From positions 1 through 59,608 of the IMG/VR virus record IMGVR_UViG_3300043602_000092: 59,608 nucleotides of DNA, one strand, 5' to 3'. The notes beneath the pieces are model-generated. The model was not told the DNA's origin. It ran no database searches and saw only the letters and a program-made list of their open reading frames with translations. The position numbers and the translations under genes were made by a program. Shown one piece after another: positions 37,257 to 46,434 of this stretch; within the stretch, counting starts at the first letter, position 1; each line of letters opens with the position of its first letter. This stretch comes from a virus. Taxonomy: Duplodnaviria; Caudoviricetes.

Positions 37257-38074
37257 CACTTGCCCTCCCCGAAAGACTGCAACGCCTGCTCGATGCGGGC
37301 CGACCTTGCGATCAGTTCATTCAGGGCCTTGAGCATCGGTTCCGCCGTCATGCGGGCCGCCTGAATTTCCTCCAGCATCGCCTTGCCATCGGCCATCGCC
37401 GCGACCAGCGCCTCGTCCACATTCGGGCCGAAGTTCTCGTCGCGGATTTCCGCCACCCATGCCTGAGGGACACCGAGGTCGGATGCCACCCGCTTGTCAT
37501 TCCAGCCAGCGGCATAGCCGACAGCCTCACTGACGTAATTCTCGTCAATCTTGTTGTGGATAATTCGCCGCTCGTCGCGCGATGGGCGCCGCGGTGCCGC
37601 CTCGACGGCGACCATGACGGGATCAGGGGTGGGCGGTGGTGGATTGATTGAAACAACTTTATTGTCCATATCGTGGTTCTCCCGTTTCTTGGCAGAGGCG
37701 GATTTCAGAGCAGCGAAACAGGCAGGGCAGCGATGTTGGGTCGCGGTCCTGCCGACCTTCCAGCCTAAATTCTCAAACTTGCGGGCGACGGCCTTCTCGA
37801 CCTGTTCCTCGTCACCGCCGTGACTGCGCATCGTATTGATGTGCAGACTTTCCGTTCGCTGGCAGAAACCGCACGTTGCTTTCGCACCTCGCTTCGGCTG
37901 ACCGCCGACCGGGACCGTGCAAGTTTCAAAGGCCACATAAGGCATAGGCTCCTCCTTGGGTTTTCGGGGCGGCCTCAATGGCAGCACCGGGGTTGGACTG
38001 TCGAAGTTTGGCGACACCCACTTGGTGCCGCCGTTCATCAGGTGATCGCGCTTGTCCTTGATGCGGTCTTTCAT
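37256..38074 (-). CDS. Zn-binding hypothetical protein (alternative start at 37945)
   Basis: CGFC and CPAC; strong RBS at both in-frame ATGs. Confidence 0.7.
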   Translation of the reverse strand: MKDRIKDKRDHLMNGGTKWVSPNFDSPTPVLPLRPPRKPKEEPMPYVAFETCTVPVGGQPKRGAKATCGFCQRTESLHINTMRSHGGDEEQVEKAVARKFENLGWKVGRTATQHRCPACFAALKSASAKKRENHDMDNKVVSINPPPPTPDPVMVAVEAAPRRPSRDERRIIHNKIDENYVSEAVGYAAGWNDKRVASDLGVPQAWVAEIRDENFGPNVDEALVAAMADGKAMLEEIQAARMTAEPMLKALNELIARSARIEQALQSFGEGK

Positions 38075-38250
38075 GCCTTCCTCCTCATTGCCGCCATCCG
38101 CTTTCGGGTGCGCCACGCCTTCAAGTTCTGCGCGCGGTATCGCCGGTTGAGGCAAGGGCGGCATTCCTTGAAGGGCTGGACGCGGGGCCGCTCGCCGCAC
38201 TTGATGCAGGGCGGGGCCGGTCTTGCTTCTCGTGGATCATCAGAAGTCAC
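38071..38250 (-). CDS. Small Zn-finger protein
   Basis: Manual translation CIKCGERPR...ECRPCLN; GTG start. Confidence 0.5.
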   Translation of the reverse strand: MTSDDPREARPAPPCIKCGERPRVQPFKECRPCLNRRYRAQNLKAWRTRKRMAAMRRKA

Positions 38251-38262
38251 TGGAACTCCACG

Positions 38263-38670
38263 CTATTTTTTACAACGCCACGACTTTCCGCCTCGCGTGA
38301 CGACCTTGTGCATCCCATGCCGGGTGCAGACATCCCGCACCGCCGCGTGCCTTTGCTTCCTTGACCGCGACCGTCGCGGACTATCCTCCGTTCGTTCCTC
38401 CTCGACCAGGACCACCGGAGGAATTTTCGTCGGCGGCACGATCCGTTCGGTCTGCACCGGCACGGGTTCGGAGGTGGCGACCCGCTCCTGATCCGCCTTG
38501 CGAAGCACCGAGCCGCCGGTCGTCTGCATCACATCGGACCACGCCACATCAAAACGGTCGTGGGCGACGGGTTTGGTTTCCGCAGGGGATGGGCGGTGCA
38601 TCGCGGCGTAGGTCAGCACCGCAAGGATGCCGACCCCGCCGAGGATGGTCTTGACCGGGGCCAAGATCAC
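38263..38670 (-). CDS. Membrane-anchored protein with C-terminal Cys motif
   Basis: N-terminal TM; DVCTRHGMHKV..SWRC. Confidence 0.65.
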   Translation of the reverse strand: MILAPVKTILGGVGILAVLTYAAMHRPSPAETKPVAHDRFDVAWSDVMQTTGGSVLRKADQERVATSEPVPVQTERIVPPTKIPPVVLVEEERTEDSPRRSRSRKQRHAAVRDVCTRHGMHKVVTRGGKSWRCKK

Positions 38671-39047
38671 GCACCCATGCGCTTCTGAAAGTCGCCGCAC
38701 GTCTCGCGGATGGCCTTCGACATATTGCTGATCTGGTCGATCAGGGCCTCGTTGTGCTTGCCCTTGTCGCGGATCGCTTGCGCGGTTTCCGCCACCACCT
38801 TCATGTCGTTGTCGCATTCGATCAGGGATTGCCCGAGGCGCTTGACCATCGCCTTCACCATCTCGCCCATCTTCTCGACTTCCTTGGCGGTGGCTTCGTA
38901 TTGCGCCAGCACCGCTTCGGCAGACATCCTGCCGAGTTCATCGAGCGGCCTTTCAGGCATCGGCGTGCGCGGGTGACGCGCGATGGCTTCACCGCGTCGG
39001 ATTTCCTCCTCCAAGACCCGGAGGTGCGCGTGAGACTTATCATTCAT
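38667..39047 (-). CDS. Coiled-coil hypothetical protein
   Basis: GGAGCAAG RBS; helical. Confidence 0.7.
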   Translation of the reverse strand: MNDKSHAHLRVLEEEIRRGEAIARHPRTPMPERPLDELGRMSAEAVLAQYEATAKEVEKMGEMVKAMVKRLGQSLIECDNDMKVVAETAQAIRDKGKHNEALIDQISNMSKAIRETCGDFQKRMGA

Positions 39048-39366
39048 TGGACTTGCTCCTGAGATAACGCTGATAATATTTCTGAGCGAGCGCGAACGGG
39101 TCAGCGACCCCGTGCGCCTGCCACCACCCGACTTCGTCGCCGTGGTGATGTTGAGCCATATGATGTTGGTGCTTTAATGGCAAGGCCCACTTATCATCCG
39201 GTTTCCGACCTATGCCAGTGATGTCTTTTTCGTATCGCAACGATGACGCGCGGAGGTGCGCGGCATCGCAGGGCGGGCCTTGAAGGCAACCGCAGGCACA
39301 TCGCTGTGCCCGCAGCCATTTCAAGTAACCAAGATCACTCTGCCGGGGTCTGCGTTGCCGCAGCAT
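39040..39366 (-). CDS. DUF968-like (HNH-related) protein
   Basis: YLKWLRAQRCAC, DAAH, KPDDKWALPL..HH..QH. Confidence 0.75.
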   Translation of the reverse strand: MLRQRRPRQSDLGYLKWLRAQRCACGCLQGPPCDAAHLRASSLRYEKDITGIGRKPDDKWALPLKHQHHMAQHHHGDEVGWWQAHGVADPFALAQKYYQRYLRSKSNE

Positions 39367-39592
39367 CCGAGCTATTTCCGCTTGCGCGGCTTGGGCGAGC
39401 GTTGGGCTTCGCCTTCACCTTGGGCTTCTGAATGATCGCCAGCCGATCCGGCAGATTGTTCGACATCTGCTTGATCGCCGCCGACAGCAGCAGCGCGTCC
39501 CCCTTCGTCTTGATTGAGGACTGCACCGTCAAGGTGATCGTCCCCTCCGACGCTTCCAGTTTCACCGTCGCGTCCTTTGGTATCTTCATCAC
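39335..39592 (-). CDS. Hypothetical protein overprinted on the RecT C-terminal tail
   Basis: AAGGAGG RBS; protein-like composition. Confidence 0.55.
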   Translation of the reverse strand: MMKIPKDATVKLEASEGTITLTVQSSIKTKGDALLLSAAIKQMSNNLPDRLAIIQKPKVKAKPNARPSRASGNSSDAAATQTPAE

Positions 39593-40370
39593 TCGCCTCC
39601 TTTATCGCGGTGCCGGGATTGGCATCGCCTTCAATGACCGTCGCCCCGGTCTGCTGCGCGATGTGCGCCGCATCGAAGCCACGGTCGCCTGCGTGATTTT
39701 TCTTTGCATCACGCAATCTCTGCGCAAGCGACGTGATGGGTGTCACGTCGATGGGTTGCGCGGTTTCGATTTCCTCAGGTGTGTAGGCACCGAGCAGAAC
39801 ATCGGGAGCGAACAGGCGTGCCCACTGCCGCGATGCCGAATAGAACATCTGCACCTCCGGGTTCGTATCCCAGAGGGGCGACCCCTTCACATATTTCACG
39901 TTGTCCTTGGTGACGTGGCCGGGGTGCATCTTCGCCAGCGTCTCACTCAGGTATTCGTGCGGTTTCTCCTCACTCTTGAAGGTGCCCCAGACCTTGCACC
40001 GGCGCTCTTGCCCCTCACCGACGATTTCATATCGCAGGCGGCTCTTGAGCGGCGCGTTCTTCTCGATCACCGCGTGGATAATTCCACTCTGGAAACCGAT
40101 GCGATCCCCACCGCGCGGCACATAGGAGTTGTTGATCACCGACATGATCGGCATTCCCCACTCCAACGCCTGCATACAAAGTGCGTAGCAGACACCGGGT
40201 TGATCCCGGCAGTGCAGCGGCACCGCGACCATGCCGCGCGCGAGGCGCAGACTGATCTGCTCAAGGTCGGCCACCGACTGAATGACGATCCCGCCAAGAG
40301 TGGTGCCGATTTCAATCCCGCGCGCCTTCACCAAGTCGGTGCGCTTCTCAACTTCTGCAACGTCAACCAT
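39372..40370 (-). CDS. recT: RecT-like single-strand annealing protein
   Basis: QALEWGMPIMSV, SPLWDTNPEVQMFY..RQWARLFAPDVLLGAYTPEE. Confidence 0.8.
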   Translation of the reverse strand: MVDVAEVEKRTDLVKARGIEIGTTLGGIVIQSVADLEQISLRLARGMVAVPLHCRDQPGVCYALCMQALEWGMPIMSVINNSYVPRGGDRIGFQSGIIHAVIEKNAPLKSRLRYEIVGEGQERRCKVWGTFKSEEKPHEYLSETLAKMHPGHVTKDNVKYVKGSPLWDTNPEVQMFYSASRQWARLFAPDVLLGAYTPEEIETAQPIDVTPITSLAQRLRDAKKNHAGDRGFDAAHIAQQTGATVIEGDANPGTAIKEASDEDTKGRDGETGSVGGDDHLDGAVLNQDEGGRAAAVGGDQADVEQSAGSAGDHSEAQGEGEAQRSPKPRKRK

Positions 40371-40755
40371 TCGCTCGCTCCTTCGCCAGACGGGATGCCA
40401 AGTCACGAACCAAGCGGCGGTCTGGTGTCGCCGTGATCCGCGCATATGCGCGTGCAAGTTCCTGTCCGTCCTTTGAGGCGAGCAGGGCATCAATTGCGGG
40501 GTCCGCAGTAAAGCGGACATCGGTCGCGTTGGGAAAGAAATATGATAAGGGGCGGTTCAATGCCGTCACCAGCAATTCAATCCGCGCGCCGTTGACGCGA
40601 TTGGTGCCCGCTTCGTATTTCTGCATCTGCTGCCACGACACACCGATCATGGCCGCGACATCTTTCATCGACTGCCCGTTGGCGATCCGCGCCTCTCGAA
40701 TGCGTTCGCCAATGTAGTGGTCGCCTTTCGTTGGTGAGTTGGTCCTGTTCATCAT
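40363..40755 (-). CDS. XRE-family HTH regulator
   Basis: IGERIREAR, IGVSWQQMQKYEAGTNRV. Confidence 0.9.
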   Translation of the reverse strand: MMNRTNSPTKGDHYIGERIREARIANGQSMKDVAAMIGVSWQQMQKYEAGTNRVNGARIELLVTALNRPLSYFFPNATDVRFTADPAIDALLASKDGQELARAYARITATPDRRLVRDLASRLAKERANG

Positions 40756-41231
40756 AGTGCCCTCTGTCTCAGACCCGGCACATTCCGGTTCTCCTCATAT
40801 TGAACGTCGCGATCCTGCCAGCCGACCGCATTGAAGGCGGCCCCGACCGGCAGAACCCACAGGTGATACTTGTTCGACGTATCGACCTTGCGGCTTTCCG
40901 CCGGGAAAATCTGGAACGCCTCGCGTTCGGGACCGGCGAGTTCATTCTTGATCTGCTGCATATGCCGCCAATCGAAGATGGCCCCGCCATCGCGGCGCCT
41001 GATGTTGATATGCAGCATGTTGTTGTCGGGGCCGCAGACGCCGACTTGAACCTGATAGAGATTGTTGACGAAGCAATCGCACTTGGAGTGTTCCGCATCG
41101 AGCATGGCACGGGCGGCGGCTTCATCAATGCCGTAGTGGTTCATTGTCTCGCGCACCACTTCGATGCGCGTGATCATTTCATCGGGCCGCAATTTCACCA
41201 GCGGTTTCCAATGGCGCGGAACGTCACTCAT
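40752..41231 (-). CDS. Phage hypothetical protein
   Basis: HINIRRRDG..DWRHMQQIKN..FPAES..HLW. Confidence 0.75.
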   Translation of the reverse strand: MSDVPRHWKPLVKLRPDEMITRIEVVRETMNHYGIDEAAARAMLDAEHSKCDCFVNNLYQVQVGVCGPDNNMLHINIRRRDGGAIFDWRHMQQIKNELAGPEREAFQIFPAESRKVDTSNKYHLWVLPVGAAFNAVGWQDRDVQYEENRNVPGLRQRAL

Positions 41232-42172
41232 GGCAGCAACCCTCCCGCCTTGAGGCGCGCGTCGATCCGGGTGCGCTCATCGTTCGCCATCGGCAGTTCG
41301 CGGTGATCGTCGTCACCAGGTCCGGGCCAGCGATTTTCCACCATGCACAACGCGATCTGCTGCATCATCATGCGGTTCTGCAACCGGCCCCGCGATAGAT
41401 CATCCTTATGGACCGGCACCGAGCGAGCGCAGTATGGGTTTGCGGTTTCAATGAACAGCAGGACGAAGGTGGCGAAGACTGCGTCGGGCCGCAGGACATC
41501 CGCCGCCTCCCACACCAAGGCCCCTTGCATATGATAGCCGTAAGACCGGATCGAATATTGCAGGGCAGGGGTGGTGACATCGGCGGCGGTCTTGAGGTCC
41601 ACATAGTCGCCATCCGACATCGGGATGACATCGGGGCGAACCTTCACCCACAACCCTGTCTCCTGATCTTTCCAGAACCCGGAGCATTCTACATTGCCGC
41701 TCAAGATGCCGTTCTGCACCATCGGATCGACGGTGAGTGAGGCGGCCATCTTCTTGATCGCGTCGAGTTCTTTCGGCACGACGATGGTGAGGCCCTTCGC
41801 CTCCATATCGGCGTTCCACTTTTTGCAGACGGCGGCACCGTTGTGCCAAGGCTTTTCCTCTGCCGTCACCTTGTCGCGATACTTATCCGGCTGCATCACG
41901 AACCGCTTGTTGTAATTCTCCTCACCGAGAAAGAGATGATGCGCGGCAGACCCGAGGATCATCTGGCGGGTGCTGGGCTTCTCCTCGCGGTCGGGATTTT
42001 CGGCCCAGCGTGCATACATATGCGCGGGCGATTTCGACCAGCATGTCCTCAGGTCGGAGGATGACACCGCAGGGCCAGCGCAGATGCCGCGCGAGTGATA
42101 TTTTTCAATCGGGATGCCGGAATACCACCCCGGCTTGGTGATCGGTTTTCCAGACCACTTTTCAATCTTCAT
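41228..42172 (-). CDS. RecE/Exo VIII-like PD-(D/E)XK exonuclease (DUF3799)
   Basis: LGSAAH, KVRPD, YVDLKT, YGYHMQGA. Confidence 0.88.
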   Translation of the reverse strand: MKIEKWSGKPITKPGWYSGIPIEKYHSRGICAGPAVSSSDLRTCWSKSPAHMYARWAENPDREEKPSTRQMILGSAAHHLFLGEENYNKRFVMQPDKYRDKVTAEEKPWHNGAAVCKKWNADMEAKGLTIVVPKELDAIKKMAASLTVDPMVQNGILSGNVECSGFWKDQETGLWVKVRPDVIPMSDGDYVDLKTAADVTTPALQYSIRSYGYHMQGALVWEAADVLRPDAVFATFVLLFIETANPYCARSVPVHKDDLSRGRLQNRMMMQQIALCMVENRWPGPGDDDHRELPMANDERTRIDARLKAGGLLP

Positions 42173-42280
42173 TGGCTTCGCCTCACGAAATTTTTCAGGG
42201 AAAGTTGGTTTCGAGCCTTGGCTGGGGGAGTGGACACCGCCCACTCCCCGCGCCGACAAGCGATACAAGGTGGCGGCGGA

Positions 42281-43360
42281 TCAGGCGGCCTCTGCCAAGA
42301 CCTTCCATTCTGCTTTCGGCAGTTCGATGATCTGCGCGCCTTGGCGTTCCATCGCGGTTGCCGTGTCATAGTCGGAGACATCCTGCGCAGCGCGGGTCAT
42401 CGCGTTGTACAGGCCGAAGCGGGACAGATCGCCGCCCTCGATCAGATGGCGAAGGATCGACGTGCCGGTGGTTTCCGTCAGGCCGAAGCGCGAGGTGGTC
42501 AGCTTCACCACCTGAACCGGATCGCCTTCAATCTTGTCGGCCTGCGTGGCACTGATCTTGTCGCAGAGCGAGTTGAAGTGCGCCTCGTCAAAGGCGGCCC
42601 GCACCACGTCACCGACCTGTGCCCATGTCGCGGCATCGGTCTTGCGGCGCGTTTCGTCGGAGAGCAGGGCATAGACTTCGTCGCCCTCGATGACGTGCTT
42701 TCCGCCAACGTGATATTTCCGCGTTGAGCGCTCACCGAATGTCGCGAGGTTGGAGCAGAACCCATCATAGACGCCGCCGAGGATCGCGAGCGCACCCTGC
42801 CCGACCTCAGAATTGCTGATGGTGATCGCCGGGGCCAACATGCGGAGGATATTGTGCTGGCCGTCACCGAACTTGCCGCCGATGGCCGCCAACTCCCTCG
42901 TCACCTTGGGATCGACCGCCTTGATGTACAGGCGGGTGTCGGTGATCTGGCTCGACATCACGTCAAGGCCGCGCTCCATGATCGGCGGCAGAACCGCTTG
43001 GGCCAAGTCCTCGTTCTCCAACGGGCGATAGCGGTCGGAGAGCAATGCGCGGGCGGTCTGATCCAGCGTGCGAAGCATCCGGGGCACCGGATACTTGCGG
43101 AACCATGTATTGACGTTGTTCGCCAAGAGGCGGGGATCATCCGCGAGCATCTTGTCGTAGTATTTCTTGGGGATTTCAGTGTGTGCCGCAATCTGATCAT
43201 GCGCCACCTTGTTGATCTTTACTTGATCGCGATCCGCGACGATCAGGTCGAGGTTTTCGGTCATCTCGATATTCTTTGTCGAGACAACCATGTCTTTCTT
43301 GGCGGCGGATCGCCGCTCGATTTCCGCAGCCAACTGCTGCAAGGTAAGACCAGATTTCAT
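42281..43360 (-). CDS. DUF932-like protein
   Basis: RALLSDRY, ISNSEVG, CSN, GLYNAMT. Confidence 0.75.
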   Translation of the reverse strand: MKSGLTLQQLAAEIERRSAAKKDMVVSTKNIEMTENLDLIVADRDQVKINKVAHDQIAAHTEIPKKYYDKMLADDPRLLANNVNTWFRKYPVPRMLRTLDQTARALLSDRYRPLENEDLAQAVLPPIMERGLDVMSSQITDTRLYIKAVDPKVTRELAAIGGKFGDGQHNILRMLAPAITISNSEVGQGALAILGGVYDGFCSNLATFGERSTRKYHVGGKHVIEGDEVYALLSDETRRKTDAATWAQVGDVVRAAFDEAHFNSLCDKISATQADKIEGDPVQVVKLTTSRFGLTETTGTSILRHLIEGGDLSRFGLYNAMTRAAQDVSDYDTATAMERQGAQIIELPKAEWKVLAEAA

Positions 43361-43437
43361 GAGCTTGCTCCAATAGCGGCGGAACCGTTCCGCCCTTTCC
43401 GGTAGTACGCCTGATTTTCAGGATTGGCAAGCGGCTG

Positions 43438-43484
43438 GGAAAGGCCGCCTTGCCTTTTTTTTCGGGACGGGTGATAAGGCCCTT
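43438..43484 (+). promoter_or_regulatory. Putative rightward promoter/operator for the cro-like gene
   Basis: AAGG-CCG-CCTTGCC; TTGCCT-N17-GATAAG. Confidence 0.6.
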
Positions 43485-43498
43485 TGGATGGAGGAACT

Positions 43499-43720
43499 AT
43501 GACTGCGCAATTGGACGAACTCGACAAGGCCATGACGAAAATCCGCACGACGCGCGGGCTTTCGACAGAGGTCGCGCGGGCCTGCGGTGTACATCGGGCG
43601 GCGGTCTATCAGTGGAAGCGGGTGCCGCCGCAATGGGTCAATATCGTTGCCGGGGTTATCGACATGGCCCCGTCCTCGATCCGGCCCGACATCTTCAAGA
43701 AAACACGGAAATCTAAATGA
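43499..43720 (+). CDS. Cro/YdaS-like HTH protein
   Basis: VARACGVHRAAVYQWKRVP, IRPDIF. Confidence 0.88.
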   Translation: MTAQLDELDKAMTKIRTTRGLSTEVARACGVHRAAVYQWKRVPPQWVNIVAGVIDMAPSSIRPDIFKKTRKSK

Positions 43721-44208
43721 TCTGGACCGAGGAAGCGGACGCCCTCCTCATAAAGTTGTGGGATGAGGGCGGTACGCTGACCAAGGTGGCCGATGGAATG
43801 GCCGCCTCAGGATATAACGTCTCCCGAAGTGCAATCAGCGGCAGGCGAAGCCGCATAGGCCGTGCACGGTTCGCGCGGCAATACCACCGGGAGCAGACCA
43901 TGACCGAACCAAGAGTGCGGAACCGAAGGGCACCGATTGGCGTGGCCCCTATCGAGCCTGACCTCCCGCCACCGCCGGTCATGCGATGCGAAGGCGTCAA
44001 CTATCTCGACAATCCTGAGGATGGCTGCAAGGCGATCCTCGACGTCATCGGCACCGATGGCCTGCGGATGGTCTGCGGAATGCTTCGTGGAAATGATTGG
44101 GCTGGGTCCAGGTCGCCATATTGCAGGAAGCACTATAAACTTTTCCACAACCCACCAACCCCTCAAAGGAAAACCTATGGCGAAAGCAGCCAAGCAAGTC
44201 GAAGTTGA
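43717..44208 (+). CDS. gcrA: GcrA-like regulator
   Basis: WTEE..LIKLWDEG, SRSAISG, C-terminal Cys cluster SPYCRKH. Confidence 0.8.
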   Translation: MIWTEEADALLIKLWDEGGTLTKVADGMAASGYNVSRSAISGRRSRIGRARFARQYHREQTMTEPRVRNRRAPIGVAPIEPDLPPPPVMRCEGVNYLDNPEDGCKAILDVIGTDGLRMVCGMLRGNDWAGSRSPYCRKHYKLFHNPPTPQRKTYGESSQASRS

Positions 44209-44602
44209 AATCACCCCGAGGGTCGTGAACGGCATCGTCACTGACGTGCTGGCGGCATTCGATGATCTGGAAAGTGCCCGCGGCGCCTACATGAACAAGG
44301 CCCGCAAGCAGCGCGAGATAATCGCGGCGGTCTACGAGCGCGGCGCAGCGCAGGGCATCCCGCAGAAGGTGATGAAACTCCAGATCAGGATCGAGCAGAC
44401 GCAGACCAAGCTCAACGGCCTGATCACCGATCTGGAAAGCGAGAACCTCAAACTCTTGCAGAAGGTCGTGAAGGCGCGCGGCGACAAGAAGCAGTTGGCC
44501 TTGTTTGCCGATCTGCCGAAAGCCGTGAAGAAGCCGCGCAAGGCCAAGGCGGCCCCGGCGGAACAGAGCAACGTGGAGCAGTTCCCCACGGCGGCGGCCT
44601 AA
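44177..44602 (+). CDS. GapR (DUF2312)-like DNA-binding protein (tentative)
   Basis: IAAVYERGAAQGIPQKVMK resembles the GapR core; QLALF tail. Confidence 0.5.
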   Translation: MAKAAKQVEVEITPRVVNGIVTDVLAAFDDLESARGAYMNKARKQREIIAAVYERGAAQGIPQKVMKLQIRIEQTQTKLNGLITDLESENLKLLQKVVKARGDKKQLALFADLPKAVKKPRKAKAAPAEQSNVEQFPTAAA

Positions 44603-44603
44603 G

Positions 44604-45416
44604 ATGGCGCGGCCTGCGGAGAAGCCGTCCAAGTATGACGTGATGGACCGCCTGTTGTTCAATTACGGGAACAACACCATCGACAAGGCGCGGTTCGAAC
44701 GCGAGATGCAGGCGAGCGGCTTCACGCAGGCCGACATTGATGAGTGGTGCGTCGAGTATTACCGGAGGATAGACGATGAGCGAGAAAAAGATGGGGCCGC
44801 GCGAGCAGCAGTTGCGCGAGATGCGCGAGCAGCGCGAACAGGAACGGCTGGCATCCGTCAAGTCCAACAAGGCCAAGATCGACAAGGTGGTCGAGTTGAA
44901 GGCCAAGGGCATCGGCAAGGTGATGTCGCTCAAGGCCAGAAAAAAGTGATCGTCACCTTATCGCCGGTCTGGCTGGAAAAGGCCATCGCTGTCGGGAAGG
45001 CAATCGCCGCCGACTGCATTCAGAACAATCAGGTGCGATACGGCAACGGCCCCGACAATCCGTTGAGCTATACGGTCAACGGATGCGTTGCGGAGGCGGC
45101 TGTCGCGAAGCACTTCAGGTTGAAGTGGACACCAGAGGTCGGAAAGATCAACGCCATCGACGTTGGTGGAGTGATTGAAGTTCGCAGCAGGCCGATCCCC
45201 GGTCCCGGCCTCGACCTTGGTATCAGGCCGCACGACAAGCGCGATCTGCCGCACGTCTTGGCGTGGGTCTATGCCGACTATCGCGTCGAGTTGGTCGGCT
45301 GGCTCTACGGGCGCGAAGGGATGAACCATCCGACGCGCTGGCATGAGGCGTGCGGATGCTGGTGGAACCCGCCGCCCTATCGTTCGCTTGATGAGTTGGC
45401 GGAATTACTGAAATGA
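44604..45416 (+). CDS. Hypothetical ORF; C-terminal part (GTG 44946) PD-(D/E)XK-like
   Basis: GCVAEAAVA..DVG..IEVRS; probably more than one product. Confidence 0.55.
   Translation: MARPAEKPSKYDVMDRLLFNYGNNTIDKARFEREMQASGFTQADIDEWCVEYYRRIDDEREKDGAARAAVARDARAARTGTAGIRQVQQGQDRQGGRVEGQGHRQGDVAQGQKKVIVTLSPVWLEKAIAVGKAIAADCIQNNQVRYGNGPDNPLSYTVNGCVAEAAVAKHFRLKWTPEVGKINAIDVGGVIEVRSRPIPGPGLDLGIRPHDKRDLPHVLAWVYADYRVELVGWLYGREGMNHPTRWHEACGCWWNPPPYRSLDELAELLK
44776..44949 (+). CDS. Basic 57-aa protein nested in the +1 frame
   Basis: GGAGG RBS; MSEKKMGPREQQLREMRE; GTGA coupling to 44946. Confidence 0.6.
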   Translation: MSEKKMGPREQQLREMREQREQERLASVKSNKAKIDKVVELKAKGIGKVMSLKARKK

Positions 45417-45564
45417 CCCGGCGGCGGTGGTGGCTTCATGTCGTGATAGGGTTTGCCGCCTTCACCGCCGGTTACTGGTTTCTGACCTGGGTCCAGACGC
45501 AGCATTGATCGCAGAACTACGTTGCGATCAGCGGTGCGACTTGCACCTTGAGGAGAAACCCAAC

Positions 45565-46347
45565 ATGAGAAAACTTCTATTCGCCTGCGCTGCGCTGGCC
45601 GCGCTCGCCACGCCTGCCAGTGCTGACATCGTTAGGCCACTTGGCGGATTGAACTGGACCGTCAACGGCAGCACCACGCTGTTGAATTTCAGCACCGCGC
45701 AACCTCCCGGCAATCAACCGCAGAACAATCCCTGTATCATCTGCGGTGCCAACCAACCGAACCAGACCAACACGGCCCTTGGCTTCGGTTACACCGACTA
45801 TGGCAATCAGGGAAACCTGACCAGCGAGGCATTCTTCTCGTCGGGCAATCTGCGTGACACGGGGCTTCTGTCGGACACCATCTCTGCGGTGAACTACAGC
45901 GGTGCGCAGTTGATCGCGGTGGTCAATGCCCTTGGCGGCATCAATGGCGGCTTCGGCATCGGCATCGACGTGAACGACACCAACAAGCCTCAGACCTTGG
46001 AGAGTTTCTTTTTCCTCGACCTGACGAGCAAGACGGTGCTGGCGGCGTTCCTGCCCGACATCAACGATGGCATCGACCTGTTGGCACCGAACAACGGAAC
46101 CGGATTTCCCGACTTCCAGTTGACCGGCCTCTCGACCAACGGGCTTGTTGCTGACCATCAGTATGCGTTCTTTGCTCGCATGACGAACATCAACGATGGC
46201 CCCGACAGTTTCTTTCTCACGCCGGGAGTGCAGGCGGCGGTGCCTGAGCTTTCGACATGGGGCATGATGCTGCTGGGTTTCGCAGGCATCGGGACACTTG
46301 CGTATCGCAGGCGCCGCGATGGCGGCCCGTCGATCCGCGTTGCCTGA
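45565..46347 (+). CDS. Secreted PEP-CTERM (PEPxxWA-type) sorting-domain protein
   Basis: Signal peptide MRKLLF..ASA; C-terminal VPELSTWGMMLLGFAGIG..YRRRR. Confidence 0.85.
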   Translation: MRKLLFACAALAALATPASADIVRPLGGLNWTVNGSTTLLNFSTAQPPGNQPQNNPCIICGANQPNQTNTALGFGYTDYGNQGNLTSEAFFSSGNLRDTGLLSDTISAVNYSGAQLIAVVNALGGINGGFGIGIDVNDTNKPQTLESFFFLDLTSKTVLAAFLPDINDGIDLLAPNNGTGFPDFQLTGLSTNGLVADHQYAFFARMTNINDGPDSFFLTPGVQAAVPELSTWGMMLLGFAGIGTLAYRRRRDGGPSIRVA

Positions 46348-46434
46348 TTGGCTACCAACGATGGTGGCGGCGGCGGTCGCCGCCTTCATTGTTGGGTGGA
46401 TCGTCGGCTATCTCTTTGACGAATGGAAAAACAA

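Noticed and set aside
39179-39196. Near match to the 18-bp promoter motif inside the DUF968-like gene
   Set aside because: It encodes the family-like DDKWALP peptide and the -10 spacing differs from the other copies; probably chance, though not excluded.
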